A stretch of DNA of 63,533 bases, filler included, from Octopus bimaculoides (lineage: Eukaryota): NCBI RefSeq assembly GCF_001194135.2. It is 8 parts of 6 records of this genome, joined end to end, with 100 filler letters (N's around TTAATTAATTAA, not from the genome) between each part and the next. Parts side by side here need not be neighbours in the genome. Positions count along the whole stretch, not along the records: positions 48,509 to 51,374 come from NC_068994.1; positions 51,475 to 58,583 come from NC_068990.1; positions 58,684 to 63,533 come from NC_068999.1; 5 more parts are not named here. The stretch is one strand, 5' to 3'. Positions 50,578-62,926 of this stretch are shown piece after piece (positions within the stretch are counted from its first letter, which is position 1; every line of letters starts with the position of its first letter). The translations under genes were made by a program, and so were the position numbers. The notes beneath the pieces are model-generated. The model did no database searches and was not told where the DNA came from. It saw only the letters and a program-made list of their open reading frames with translations.

Positions 50578-50745
50578 TATTCCAAGCAGTGCTGTTTTCT
50601 GCAAGTGCTCCACACTTATTGCAGCCCCTATTTGTTCCACGTACTTCTCGAGATTTTTGCTCACTGTTCCCAGAGCTCCGACGATTATTGGTATCACTAC
50701 CACCTTTTTCATCGACCACAACTGCTTGACTTCCCAAGTATACAC
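50578..50745 (-). mobile_element. R4/Dong-type non-LTR retroelement, C-terminal fragment
   Basis: WEVKQLWSMKKVVVIPIIVGALGTVSKNLEKYVEQIGAAISVEHLQKTALLG. Confidence 0.8.
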
Positions 50746-50987
50746 ATTATCGTTAACAAGTTTGAAGCACCTGGTCGTATCCATGTGCATGTACTGAACA
50801 CCTATGAGTGTATTCATTTTAAGTGTTGATGTACCCGAACAAGGCCGGGTGCTACAGCTAGGGGGGGGGGTTCTTTCATTGATATCTATGACTTTAAATA
50901 TATGAAATTGTACGGCTATATACCTGTCCCTCTAAATATGTTGGTATCTTTGCATCTGTATGTATGGATGGACATATATATACATAC

Positions 50988-51075
<88 letters not shown>

Positions 51076-51474
51076 TATATAAAAGATTAATTTGCATCTA
51101 TGAGCATTAACTTTCTAAATTATGAAATATGTTCCTGTGTGAGAATGTGTGTACGTGTATGCTGTCTGAGTGTATGTACGTGCGTGTACGTGTGTGTGTT
51201 GTGTGTGTGTGTGTGTGAGAGTGAGGGAGGAGAGAGAGGGTGAGGGAGGAGAGAGAGAGTGTGTGTTTATGAGTACTTTCACGTTTCGTGACTGTGTATA
51301 TAAATTTGTCTAATGCAGTGTCTATGAGCTTATTTCTACATTTCTATACACACACACACACACACACGTATATANNNNNNNNNNNNNNNNNNNNNNNNNN
51401 NNNNNNNNNNNNNNNNNNTTAATTAATTAANNNNNNNNNNNNNNNNNNNNNNNNNNNNNNNNNNNNNNNNNNNN

Positions 51475-51623
51475 AGGAAGGGCATCTAGCTGTAGAAACT
51501 CTGCCAAATTAGACTGGAGCCTGGTGTTGCCATCCGGTTTCACCAGTCCTCAGTCAAATCGTCCAACCCATGCTAGCATGGAAAGCGGACGTTAAACGAT
51601 GATGATGATGATGATGATGATGA

Positions 51624-51627
<4 letters not shown>
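51475..51627 (+). mobile_element. RTE LINE 3' end, young copy
   Basis: Nearly identical to 58800-58948 and to the reverse complement of 13850-13980; (GAT)n tail. Confidence 0.92.
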
Positions 51628-51653
<26 letters not shown>

Positions 51654-51657
<4 letters not shown>

Positions 51658-52518
51658 GGAACAAAAACGCAATAGAGGGCATTCAAACGTTGGGACAGAT
51701 AGACGATACAAAGGCGGACAAGTTAAACAACAATTAGAAGGACAGGCAAAAAAAGACAGGTCATTCTTGGCTTTCTTTCATCAGTCAAATCCCAGAAGTC
51801 ACGACCATTTCGAGCAGTTACACTTGAGATGGTTCAATCTGGTTGCCCCCAAAAAAGTCTAAGGTAAGAGCATTAGACTCCTTTGTAAGAAAGCTAGCAA
51901 ATGTGTACAGCAACAAAGATAAAAAACAAAAAAACAAAAAAAAATCGGAGAACATGGTACACAATTACAAATACAAACAAGAAATAACAACAGGCATCTT
52001 TTGACCAAGAACGAATCAAATTGAACTGGCGTGTATGAAGTGAAAACCTAAAGGCAGGAACATGAAGTGAAAACCTAAAGGCAGGAACAAGAAAGAAAGA
52101 TCATGGCCTGCCAGACACTGGTCATGTGAAAGGAGGAGAGATGGGTAGGGGACAGCGGGATTGAAGGATTAGAAAAAAATCAGAGACAAAGAGAAAGGTA
52201 CAGGGGAGATAAATGAGTTGGGAAATAGTGGAAGTTAAAGAAAGAGAGGGCCAAGAAATGTGATAGAGGGGGAGCGAGAAAAGGAAGGAAAATGAGAGGG
52301 AGTATAAAAGATAGAGTAAGAGTCGTACAGAATTTAGATACATACCTTCTATAAGGTGAGCATAAGGGTGTACATATACCGCTATATATATATATAAATG
52401 GAACAAAAATGCAATAGAGGGCATTAAAACGTTCAAACAGATAGACGATACAAAGGTAGACAAGTTAAACAACAATTAGAAAGACAGGCAAAAACAGATG
52501 GGTCATTCTTAGCTTTCT
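51654..52518 (-). mobile_element. Penelope-like partial tandem with direct terminal repeats (51654-51778 / 52396-52518)
   Basis: ~125-bp direct repeat AAATGGAACAAAAA.GCAATAGAGGGCATT... and the motif TTTCATCAG...TTTCGAGC. A 27-bp tandem duplication sits near 52035-52088. Confidence 0.6.
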
Positions 52519-52523
52519 ATGCA

Positions 52524-52554
<31 letters not shown>

Positions 52555-52597
52555 TGATGCAAACAGGAAAACTAGAACTCAAACTATAAGTATATAT

Positions 52598-52659
52598 ACG
52601 AGCTGTGGGTTTATATAGCCGGTAAGAATTCTCACCAGCTATATAAACCCACAGCTCGT
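52598..52659. other. 62-nt near-perfect hairpin
   Basis: ACGAGCTGTGGGTTTATATAGC (52598-52619) is the exact reverse complement of 52638-52659; the inner GGT/ACC also pairs. Confidence 0.9.
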
Positions 52660-53655
52660 CAACCTGTAACTAGTTTGATAAGTGCCAATGCATGAAACTC
52701 TCAGCCCTTGAGTCATTCTATTGCTTCTGCTAAATATATAACTAATGTATAAACATTAAAAACATATTCATAGTTTATTAAGAGGACAATTAATAACACA
52801 TCATTAAACTACAAAGCATTCATACAATAGAGTAACTCTGGAAACAACCTTGCATGTTTATAGAGAATTACCTAATAATGGTTGAGAGCAGCATATTTAG
52901 AATAAAAAGCAGATAAGGGTAACACAATACTTTTTACTTAATTACATAATTATGTAAATACTGATGCTTTATACCATAAAGCAGCTGTACAAGACAATTA
53001 AGTGATGAACTATAAGTGAAATTTATGCTTTTCTGCTTTATATTCTAAACAGTGTGTGCATGTAGTCAATAGCATACAGGAGGTGAAGTGATTTTGACCA
53101 AGAAAAGAAATCATTCGTCATCTCTAAATGCTAATAGTTTATCAGCTACTTTTACAATTGACACATGATATAAAATTACCAGCTTGGTATTTAACTTTTG
53201 TACCAGATTACTGACATGATATAGTTTTAAAAAATTATATCAGATTATCCAGCAGGCCTTGCTCAGTGTCTACAAGCAAAGCACATTACATAGACTATAT
53301 CCATTTGACCCACATGACATACAGAGTAGTAATCTTTCACAACAGAAGGCTTGAAGCTAAGCTAACTTGAAATAGAAATAACTTTATCCAGGAGCACAAA
53401 CATTTATTTTTTTTTACTTTTGAGATTTATACAGCCCATGGAAACTTAATAATGGATAAGAAAAATATAAAATCTGATAGTATAGAATACATTGTTTCTG
53501 GTGTCTTGTGGATAAAACTAACCTTAATGAGCTCTTTGGTAGATTAGTTAAATTTATTGTTTCAACAATATTTCTGATCTGGCATTCAGAAATATAGTTG
53601 GAAGCTCAGACTGTTTGGCCATGTAGCTCAATTTTCTGAGTTAGACCCTACTTAC

Positions 53656-53796
53656 CTTGTTCACTTCATTGAGAATCCAGCTAAGCTGACGGCTTGTGTT
53701 GGTCAACCACATGCTACATGGTCATGACAGATGAAGAAGTTTCTCATGGAGATGGGGACTGACTGGAACCCAGCTCAAAAGCTCACCTGGGAGAAC
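53656..53796 (-). other. Candidate 141-nt exon
   Basis: Acceptor TATGCTTCCAG| and perfect donor AAG|GTAAGT in a GC-richer patch. All three frames have a stop; phase 0 has a single TGA. Confidence 0.4.
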
Positions 53797-54764
53797 CTGG
53801 AAGCATACCAACAAATAACACACTACAATAGCACATTCCTCCACACCTAACCTGAAATATATTTCTTCTTTACTTGGCATTAATGAAGGTTACATAAAGA
53901 ATTAATTATTGAGTTTATCAGTATTTTTGTAAGTGTACAACACTTCAGTACAAATGCTGCCTTACCACACATTTCAAAAATCAAGTGGGATCTGATATTA
54001 TATCTGGACACAAGATAATTCTTTATTCAATTTACAAACTTTTTCTTTTCTCTTACTGAAATGAAACTGAATAAAAAATGTAATACACTTCCCAAAATAA
54101 TAAACAATATGTTTTAAAAAATTGTTTTATTTAAACTCTTCTTTATAATCATTAAAAATAAAGATGAAGTAAATTTGTAACAACCAAAAGCAAACAAAAA
54201 AAAAGCAAAAAAATATGATTCAAACTGTTATAATTTTTTACTGCAAAGGCATATTTTTTTTCTTATATAGTGTACTCAATAATGCTAACCTTTTTGAACC
54301 TGTAACTAAGATTACTTTAAACAGTCTGTATAGTAATCTTGTTGATGGGAAAATCTGTTATGGTGCACAGGTGACACTATATAATTGTGTTACTTTATAT
54401 AATTATTTTTACTGCAACATCTTATTAATGAAATACTGCAAAACTGGACAAACATGAAGTAATAAACATAAAGGAGAAAAATATTTCGATATCTTTATAC
54501 ATTAACAAATGCTTTTTTGATTTACAAGAAAATAGTTTATGCTCTTTTTAGTAGATAGTAACAATATAATAAAATTACTTTCAAAAAAGAAAAAAATTAA
54601 CAAAAATTTTAAACAGAAAATGTCTGAACAATGTTTATTATTAATAAAAATCAGAAAAAAAACTGTTTTTGTATAACAATGAAATTAAGTAAAAACATAT
54701 AAGTGATATCACAGTGAAAATTGTGTGATGAAATGAGAAATTCTTTCAAAACACTTCCTCAAAG

Positions 54765-54803
<39 letters not shown>

Positions 54804-55089
54804 TGAGAAAGTTGGTATGTGAAAGCACATGGTTGGATGTATAAAAGATAATAAGAGTGAAAAAACAACAGAAGGCTTGTGTTACATGGTTAAAGTATAT
54901 ATTTAAATTATGTCAGAAAAATGTTAGAAAANNNNNNNNNNNNNNNNNNNNNNNNNNNNNNNNNNNNNNNNNNNNNNNNNNNNNNNNNNNNNNNNNNNNN
55001 NNNNNNNNNNNNNNNNNNNNNNNNNNNNNNNNNNNNNNNNNNNNNNNNNNNNNNNNNNNNNNNNNNNNNNNNNNNNNNNNNTATATATA

Positions 55090-56792
55090 TCATCATCATC
55101 ATCATCATCATCGTTTAACGTCTGTTTTCCATGCTAGCATGGGTTGGATGGTTTGACCGAAGTCTGGAGAGCCTGTGGCTGCACCAGGCTCCAATCTGAT
55201 CTGGCAACATTTCTACAGTTGGATGCCCTTCCTTATGCTAACCAGTCTAAGAGTGTAGTGGGTGCTTTTTCATGTGCTATCAGCACAGGAGCCAGTCAGC
55301 CGGGCCTAGCATCAATCACGTCCAGATAGTGCTTTTTGCATGCCACCAAGTTACTGGCATCAGCCATGTTTGGATAGTGCTTTTTATGTGCCACCGGCAT
55401 GGGAGCCAGTCAGGGGACACTGGCATTGACCACATTCAGAAGATGCATTTTACATGCTGCCAGAATGGGAGCCAGTCAGGGGGCACTGCCCACAGCTGCG
55501 ATTTTAGTTTTACTTGACTCAACAGGTCTTCTCAAGCATATCCTATGACCCAACGTATCAAGGGTACTCTTAAATAGGCCAGACATGCAACACTGGCATC
55601 AGCCGTGGCTGCAATCTCACTTTAGTTGCTGGGTCTTCTCAATCATAGCATATCTCCAAAGGTCTCGGTCTCCTGTCATTGCCTCTGTGAGACCCTATGT
55701 TCAAAAGTCATGCTTCACCATCTCATCTCATGTCTTCCTGGGTCTACCTCTTCCACAGTTTCATACAGCTGTCCTCATCCATACATAACACATGACCATA
55801 GCAACCCAGTTGTCTCTCTTACACACCACATTTGATGCTTCTTAAGTCCAACTTTTCTCTCAGGGTGCTTACACTCTGTCATGTATGCACACTGTCATTA
55901 CACATCTAGCAGATCAGACTAGCTTCATTTCTTTCAAGCCTATGCATGTCCTTAGCAGTCACAGCCTATGCATGTCCTTAGCAGTCACAGCCTATGTTTC
56001 ACTGCCATGTAGCATGGCAGTTCACACACATGTATCATACAGTCTACTTTTCACTCTGAGCGAGAGGCCCTTAGTTGCCAGCAGAGGTAGGAGCTCCCTG
56101 AACTTTGCTCAGGCTATTCTTACTCTAGCCGCTACACACTAGAGCAACCACCCCCACTACAGACTTGGTTGCCTAGGTAGCAGAAGCTATTAACTACTAG
56201 TTTTCCCCACTGGCATGTGATGGAATCTGTTTTCTGTACATCTTCATTGTTTACTGCCCCTGTGCATCTGCTACACACAAAAACTATCTTCCCTTTTATG
56301 TGTCCATAACTTACACTGGGTACATCATATGGAGTTTCTACCCACGCCTTTTCTACAGATTGAGCAGGGCCATCTACCTGAAGGGGTTTGTGATTTGTCA
56401 GCCTTCCTAATTACTAAGACTTTAGTTTTTGCTAGGTTAACTCTAAGGCCCTTCGATTCTAGACCTTGCTTCCACACCCTAAACTTCATTCCTAGTTCTG
56501 GCAGCAACTCAGCTATTAGAGCAAGGTCATCAACATAGAGGAGCTCCCTGGAGCAGCCTGTCTTGAATTCCTCTGTTATTGCCTGGAAGACTATAATGAA
56601 TAAGAGAGGTTGAGGACTGATCTGTGGTGACCCCTTACTTCTACCTGGAATTCTTCACTATACTTGTTGCCAACCCTAACCTTAATGACAGCTTCCCTGT
56701 ACAGCTCTTACCAACCACTTGTCTATCCCCAATTTTTGCATTGACCACCAGATAAGGGATTGGGGGATCCTGTCAAAGGCTTTCTCCAAAGT
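55090..56792 (-). mobile_element. RTE LINE, 5'-truncated (3' UTR to mid-RT), decayed
   Basis: EKAFDRIP.SLIWWSM.KLG, WKQGLESKGLRVNLAKTKVL and GRWPCSICRKGVGRNSI; (ATC)n tail. 26-bp tandem duplication near 55938-55995. Confidence 0.93.
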
Positions 56793-57444
56793 CAAGTGAC
56801 AAACTGGCAGAGTTGTTAGAGAATGCTTCACAGTATTTGTTCTGGTGCTTTGCTTTCTGAGTTCAAATCTTGCCGTACAAATCCAAGATACTGTTTGGCG
56901 TGCTCTTCCATTGAAAGTCATTGGTTATATGAAAAACTGCAACTTGCATGCATAGACAGCTACACAAAATGAACCTTGTCCAGGCCTACATATACAGGTG
57001 CAGTTATATGGTCAACACCAACTGATAGAGGTCTTAAATATATAATGGAAATTATTATTACTTACTTTTCTTTGAAACGTTATCTTCCAGACAAATGAAA
57101 AATAAAAAGTAGAAAAAAACAACAAAAGTTAATTAAACGTGTATGGTAAAAAAATTAGATTGATGTTCAGTGAAAGTTTTAGATGGTAAAATAGGAGTGA
57201 AAATGAAGTTTTGAGCATGGCTCTTCTTTGGAAAGTAGAAATAGTCCAGAGAGGAGGAAAAGGTGGAAGGAGCTGACAGTCTGAGAAAAGCATGCATGCC
57301 ATTACATAGCTGAAAAATAACTGAGAGGAAATTAGAAAGAGATAGAAAATGTGGTTTTTGAAGGCAGGAGAGGGCAAAAATGACTATTGTGTGTGAGTGT
57401 GTGTATAAGTGTGTGTTTATGGAATGTGTGTGTAAATGTTTTTT

Positions 57445-57486
<42 letters not shown>

Positions 57487-57846
57487 NNNNNNNNNNNNNN
57501 NNNNNNNNNNNNNNNNNNNNNNNNNNNNNNNNNNNNNNNNNNNNNNNNNNNNNNNNNNNNNNNNNNNNNNNNNNNNNNNNNNNNNNNNNNNNNNNNNNNN
57601 NNNNNNNNNNNNNNNNNNNNNNNNNNNNNNNNNNNNNNNNNNNNNNNNNNNNNNNNNNNNNNNNNNNNNNNNNNNNNNNNNNNNNNNNNNNNNNNNNNNN
57701 NNNNNNNNNNNNNNNNNNNNNNNNNNNNNNNNNNNNNNNNNNNNNNNNNNNNNNNNNNNNNNNNNNNNNNNNNNNNNNNNNNNNNNNNNNNNNNNNNNNN
57801 NNNNNNNNNNNNNNNNNNNNNNNNNNNNNNNNNNNNNNNNNNNNNN

Positions 57847-58583
57847 CCGGTTTTATAAAACCGGTTTTATAAAACCGGTTTTATATTATGATCAGTAAAA
57901 CCGAAACGGATTTGCCAAAAGCGATTTTAATGCTTGCTGTTTGTATTTTTTTTTTTTCGCAAAACATTTCTCCATTTTTTTTCTTTAGAAGAAATATCAT
58001 TGAAACTAAACTAACTGAACTGTTGTCGGGTCACCTTTAGTTGAGAGTGCTGTCTTTTTCATTGAAACATATCGCAACATATCAATTCTCACCTTCTCTT
58101 CCCTTGAACCTTAGATCAGCACCTTGTCATTTCCTTCGCTAACCTCTGGCTGACACTCTGAATTTGGAGGTAACAGAGTTTATTTATAACAAGTCAAGGG
58201 GATGCTGTTAGTCTTCAGCTAGGTGATCTTTCCCGTTGAGCATATGTAATAATCAATTCCAGATTCATTTCAAGGAAGTAACACTAACTAAATTTTTTCT
58301 TAATTATTTTCATTAGCCCTAGCATGATAAAAAGAAAATCAACTGTTTGGAATTTTTTTCGATTGGAAAAACAAAGAGGAAGCTCAATGCAATAAGTGTG
58401 ATAAGATCATGAAGTCTTCTGGAGGATCTACTGTGTCTCTGATATTGCACTTGAAGAAAATTCATCAAATCGACATAAATCAAGATGAAAACCAGCCTCC
58501 TGTGAAAATGACAAGAACAATGGAACACATTTTAACAAAGAAATCAATGGAAGAAGAAGTTTCAAAGTTAGCTGCTATGGATG
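57847..58583 (+). mobile_element. hAT transposon 5' part with BED-finger transposase start
   Basis: Subterminal palindromic repeats AAAACCGGTTTT. From the ATG at 58324: MIKRKSTVWNFFRLE(fs)NKEEAQCNKCDKIMKSSGGSTVSLILHLKKIH...SMEEEVSKLAAMD, a W-x-x-F...C-x2-C...H-x3-H BED finger. Confidence 0.85.
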
Positions 58584-58683
58584 NNNNNNNNNNNNNNNNN
58601 NNNNNNNNNNNNNNNNNNNNNNNNNNNTTAATTAATTAANNNNNNNNNNNNNNNNNNNNNNNNNNNNNNNNNNNNNNNNNNNN

Positions 58684-58948
58684 GTGCGGGTGGCACATAA
58701 AAGACACCATTTCGAGCGTGGCCGTTGCCAGTACCGCCTGACTGGCCTTCGTGCAGGTGACACGTAAAAGCACCCACAACACTCTCTGAGTGGTTGGCGT
58801 TAGGAAGGGCATCCAGCTGTAGAAACTCTGCCAAATTAGATTGGAGCCTGGTGTTGCCATCCGGTTTCACCAGTCCTCAGTCAAATCGTCCAACCCATGC
58901 TAGCATGGAAGGCGGACGTTAATCGATGATGATGATGATGATGATGAT
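58684..58948 (+). mobile_element. RTE LINE 3' end, young copy
   Basis: Reverse complement of 13850-14066; (GAT)n tail. Confidence 0.93.
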
Positions 58949-58974
58949 TGCTTTTCTAATGGCCATTTGTTCAT

Positions 58975-61900
58975 TGTGATCATCATTCAATGTCTGCCTT
59001 CCATGCTGGCATGGGTTGGATGGTTTGACTGAAGACTGGCAAGCCAGGAAGCTGCACCAAGCTCCAATCTGATCTGGCACGGTTTCTACAGCTGGATGCC
59101 CTTCCTAACGCCAACCACTCTGAGAGTATAGTGGGTAGTTTTTATGTGCCACTGGTACAGGGGCCAGTCAGGAGGCACTGACGTCGACCACGACTGAAAG
59201 GCATTTTTTATGTGCCACCGGCATGAGAGCCAGTCAGGCAGCACTGGCATCAACCATGCCCAAATGGTGCTTTTTACATGCCACCAGCATGGGCACCAGT
59301 CAAGCGGTACTGGGATTGGCCATGACAACGATTTCACTTGACTCAACCAGTCTTCTCAAGCACAGCACATTGCCCGATGATTAAAGGGTACTCTTAAATG
59401 GGCTGGTTATGCAACACTAGCATAGGCCACGGCTATGATCTCACTTGGCTTGCCAGGTCTTCTCAAGCACAGCATATCTCCAAAGGTCTCGGCCCCTTGT
59501 GATTGCTTCTTTGAAGACCAACATTCGAAGGTCATACTCCACCATCTCATCCCAGTTCTTCAAGGGTCTACCTCTTCCACAGGTTTCCTCCACTGTTAGG
59601 GTGTGGCACTTCTTCACACAGCTCTCCTCATCCATACACAACACATGACCATACCAGCACAGTCGTCTCTCTTGCACACCACATCTGATGCTTCTCATGT
59701 CCAACTTTTCTCTCAAGATGCTTACATTCTGTCATGTATGCACACTGACATTACACATCCAGTAGAGCATACTAAGCTTTCAAGCCTATGCATGTCCTCA
59801 GCAGTCACAGCCCATGTTTCACTGCTGTGTAGCATGGCTGTTCACACACGTGTCATATAGTCTACCTTTCACTCTGAGAGAGAGATCCTCTGTTACCAGC
59901 AGAGGCAGGAGCTTTCTGAGCTTGTCTCAGGTTATTCTTATTCTAGCAGCTATGCTCTCAGAGCATCCACCCCTGCCTGCTACAGACTTGGTCACCTAGG
60001 TAACGGAAGCTATCAACAACTTGTAGTTTTATCCCCTGGCATGTAATGGAAGCTGTTCTCTGCACATTTTCAGTACTTATTGCCCATGTGCATCTGCCAC
60101 ACACAAAAACTATCTTCCCAATATCAAAACTATCTTCCTTTGATATTGCTGCACCTCTTAAATGTCCATAGCTTACACTGGGTACATCCTATGGAGTTTC
60201 TACTTATGCCTTGTCTACAGATCGAGCAGGGCCATCTACCTGAAGGGATTTGTGATTTGTCTGCCTTCCTACTTACTAAGACTTTGGTTTTTGCTAGATT
60301 GACTCTAAGACCCTTCGATTCTAGACCTTGCTTCCACACCTGAAACTTCTTTTCTAGTTCTGGTAGTGACTCAGCTATTAGAGCAAAGTCATCAGCATAG
60401 AGGAGCTCTCAGGGGCATCCTGTCTTGAATTCCTCTGTTATTGCCTGGAGGACTATGATGAATAAGAGGGGGCTGAGGACTGATCCTTGGTGGACCCCTA
60501 CTCCTACCTGAAATTCTTCATTATACTTGTTGCCAACCCTCACCTTACCGACAGCATCTCTGTACATGGCTTGTACAGCTCTCACTAACCTCTCATCTAT
60601 CCCTAGTTTCCTCATTGACCACCAGATAAGGGAGCGGGGGAACCCTGTCAAAGGCTTTCTCCATGTCAACGAAAGCCAGGTACAGAGGTTTATCTTTGGC
60701 TAGGTATTTCTCCTGCAGCTGTCTTACCAGAAATATAACATCAGTGGTCTTTCTCCTTGGCACAAACCCAAACTGCGTCTCACCTAAACTAACTCTTTTC
60801 CTAATTAGTTGGGCTATGACCCCCTCTGTGACTTTCATCACTTGATCCAGCAATTTGATACCTCTGTAATTATTCCTATATAATGTGTCACCTTTACCTT
60901 TGTAACAGTTGACTATGGTGCTGCTACACCAGTCATTGGGTATGACTTCTTCATGTATTACCTGGTGACTAGACTCTAGCTAACACTGCCAGATATTTTA
61001 AGCATCTCTGCAGTAATTCCTGATGGGCCGGGGGCTTTTCCTGTCATCATACCCTTAATTGCTTTATCTAACAAGATACTGTCAATTCAGATAGCTGGTC
61101 CCTCTGTTGGGTCGACATTTAGCAGACTCTCTTTTTCCCATTCATTTTCTTCATTTACCAACCTTTCATAGTGGCATCTCCAAGTCTCTCTATCTTTGCA
61201 GCCCCTATAAATGCAAGTGAGCCATCATTCATGTGGACACATTTCTCTCCTATGACATCACGATTCTCTCTCATGTACTGTCTTGCGACACAAAATACTT
61301 TAGTCCTCACAACACAGAACATTGGCAAATTTTTCTTATCTGCTTCCCCTCTGGCTAAGTAAACCTGTCTCCTAGCTTCCCTTCTAGCTACCACCACTCT
61401 TCCAGTCCTTCTATGCCTGTTTCTTTTCCCTCACGGCCCTGTCAACTACATTGTTTTACTACCACATTACATATGTCTCTAAATCTCTGTCCATTCACAG
61501 ATCTTGAAGTCATTAACTACTAATCTGTGTTGTGGGGCGCATTCTTCACCTGGGAAGGTTTTGGCATTTATAAGTAGCCATCTTTCCCATTTCTTGACAA
61601 GAGTGTAGTCAATCTGACTGTTGTGTCCACCAGACTGGTAGGTGATCAGGTGACTGGCAGGTTTCCTGAAGTTAGTATTACAGATCATAAGATCATTTGC
61701 ATCACAGAACTCCAGCAGCCTGGTTCCCTCCTCATTGCAGGAACCAAATCCATAACCACCATGTACACCATGGAAGCTCCATGGATGGGATATTGTCCAA
61801 CATGCCCATTGAAGTCACCAGCCACAAGAGAAGGTCCCTGTCATTCGTTGACGAGGTAGATAGTGTACAAGAGGGTGTCATAAAATCTGTCTTTCTATTC

Positions 61901-62330
61901 ATCAGGTAGCCCTGGCTGTGGGGCATAAGCTGAGATAATGGTTGCTAATCCCTGTTGCAGCACTAATCTAAGCTTAAGTATTCTATCACAGACTCTGACA
62001 ACCTCAATTACCTTATCAACTCATTTCTCTGTTAGAAGTATACCCACACACCTAACCCCATCAGTGTTCCCTACCCAGAAAATCTTATACCTATGCTCTT
62101 TACCTGTGAGGAACCTAGCAGAAATTCCTCTCCACCTTCTTGGATGCAGCACAAATCTACAGAGTGTGCCAACTCTGCGGGTATAGAAGGCGTGAGCCCG
62201 TAAGACCCTGGGATGGGGGACAGTAACATCATGCATCTGAAAAGAAAGCTCGCATTTAGCAGACCTTGTAAACATACAATAGCCTTCAACCTGCATACAC
62301 TACACCATCATTTTATGTGCTACATAATCA
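58975..62330 (-). mobile_element. Near full-length RTE-clade LINE (APE endonuclease + reverse transcriptase), frameshifted
   Basis: APE remnants CCIQE, YKIFWVGNTDGV, SAYAPQ, GDFNGHVG, SQIDY. RT remnants LYLAFVDMEKAFDRVP, GVHQGSVLSPLLFII, LLYADD. Cys-rich WPCSIC..C..C..W insert, and IRCGVQERRLCWYGHV. Confidence 0.96.
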
Positions 62331-62926
62331 CTACATTCCATAGGAGATAAACACTAGGTACGGATGGGGGAGCATTCCATATAGTAAACCGTTGGAGGTT
62401 CTCAAGAGAAAGACATCTGGTAGAAGTTAGAAGTCAGAAGATAAAGACTTCCAGTCTAGGTGGTGGAGTGGAATGGGAAGGCACACTGTGAAATGGCAGA
62501 ACGCTGCCTCCCGATGTGAAATAATAACAATAATAATTATTATAAAGAGCACTATATAGAGTGAAATAGTATTGGATATTTGCATTCTTAACTATAGCTA
62601 TAGCTATAACCTAGAGTGTGTGGTTAGCCAAACTGTGACAAAATTAGTCAAATGAATGAATAACAATAATAAATGAGTGTGAAAGTGGGGGAGAATTGGA
62701 TTTAACATAGGGTTTACTATAACATACAGCATGGAATAAATGAAACTGAATGGGTACATAGATAAATAATGAATAGATAATGTCTGTATAGAATTTTAAT
62801 ACCTTTTCACTTCTGTATATCATAAACAGTAGATGAACTGATACTGTAGATATCACAAAGCTTATGCAATGAAACATCATGATCTAGTTTCTTCAAAAGT
62901 TCCACTTTTTCTTGAATCAACATGAA

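Noticed and set aside
24336-58639. Seven recurrences of TTAATTAATTAA, superficially a regularly repeated motif or CRISPR-like repeat
   Set aside because: Each sits at the centre of a 44N+12+44N block and gives stops in all six frames. It is a scaffolding spacer; adjacency and orientation across these gaps are uncertain.
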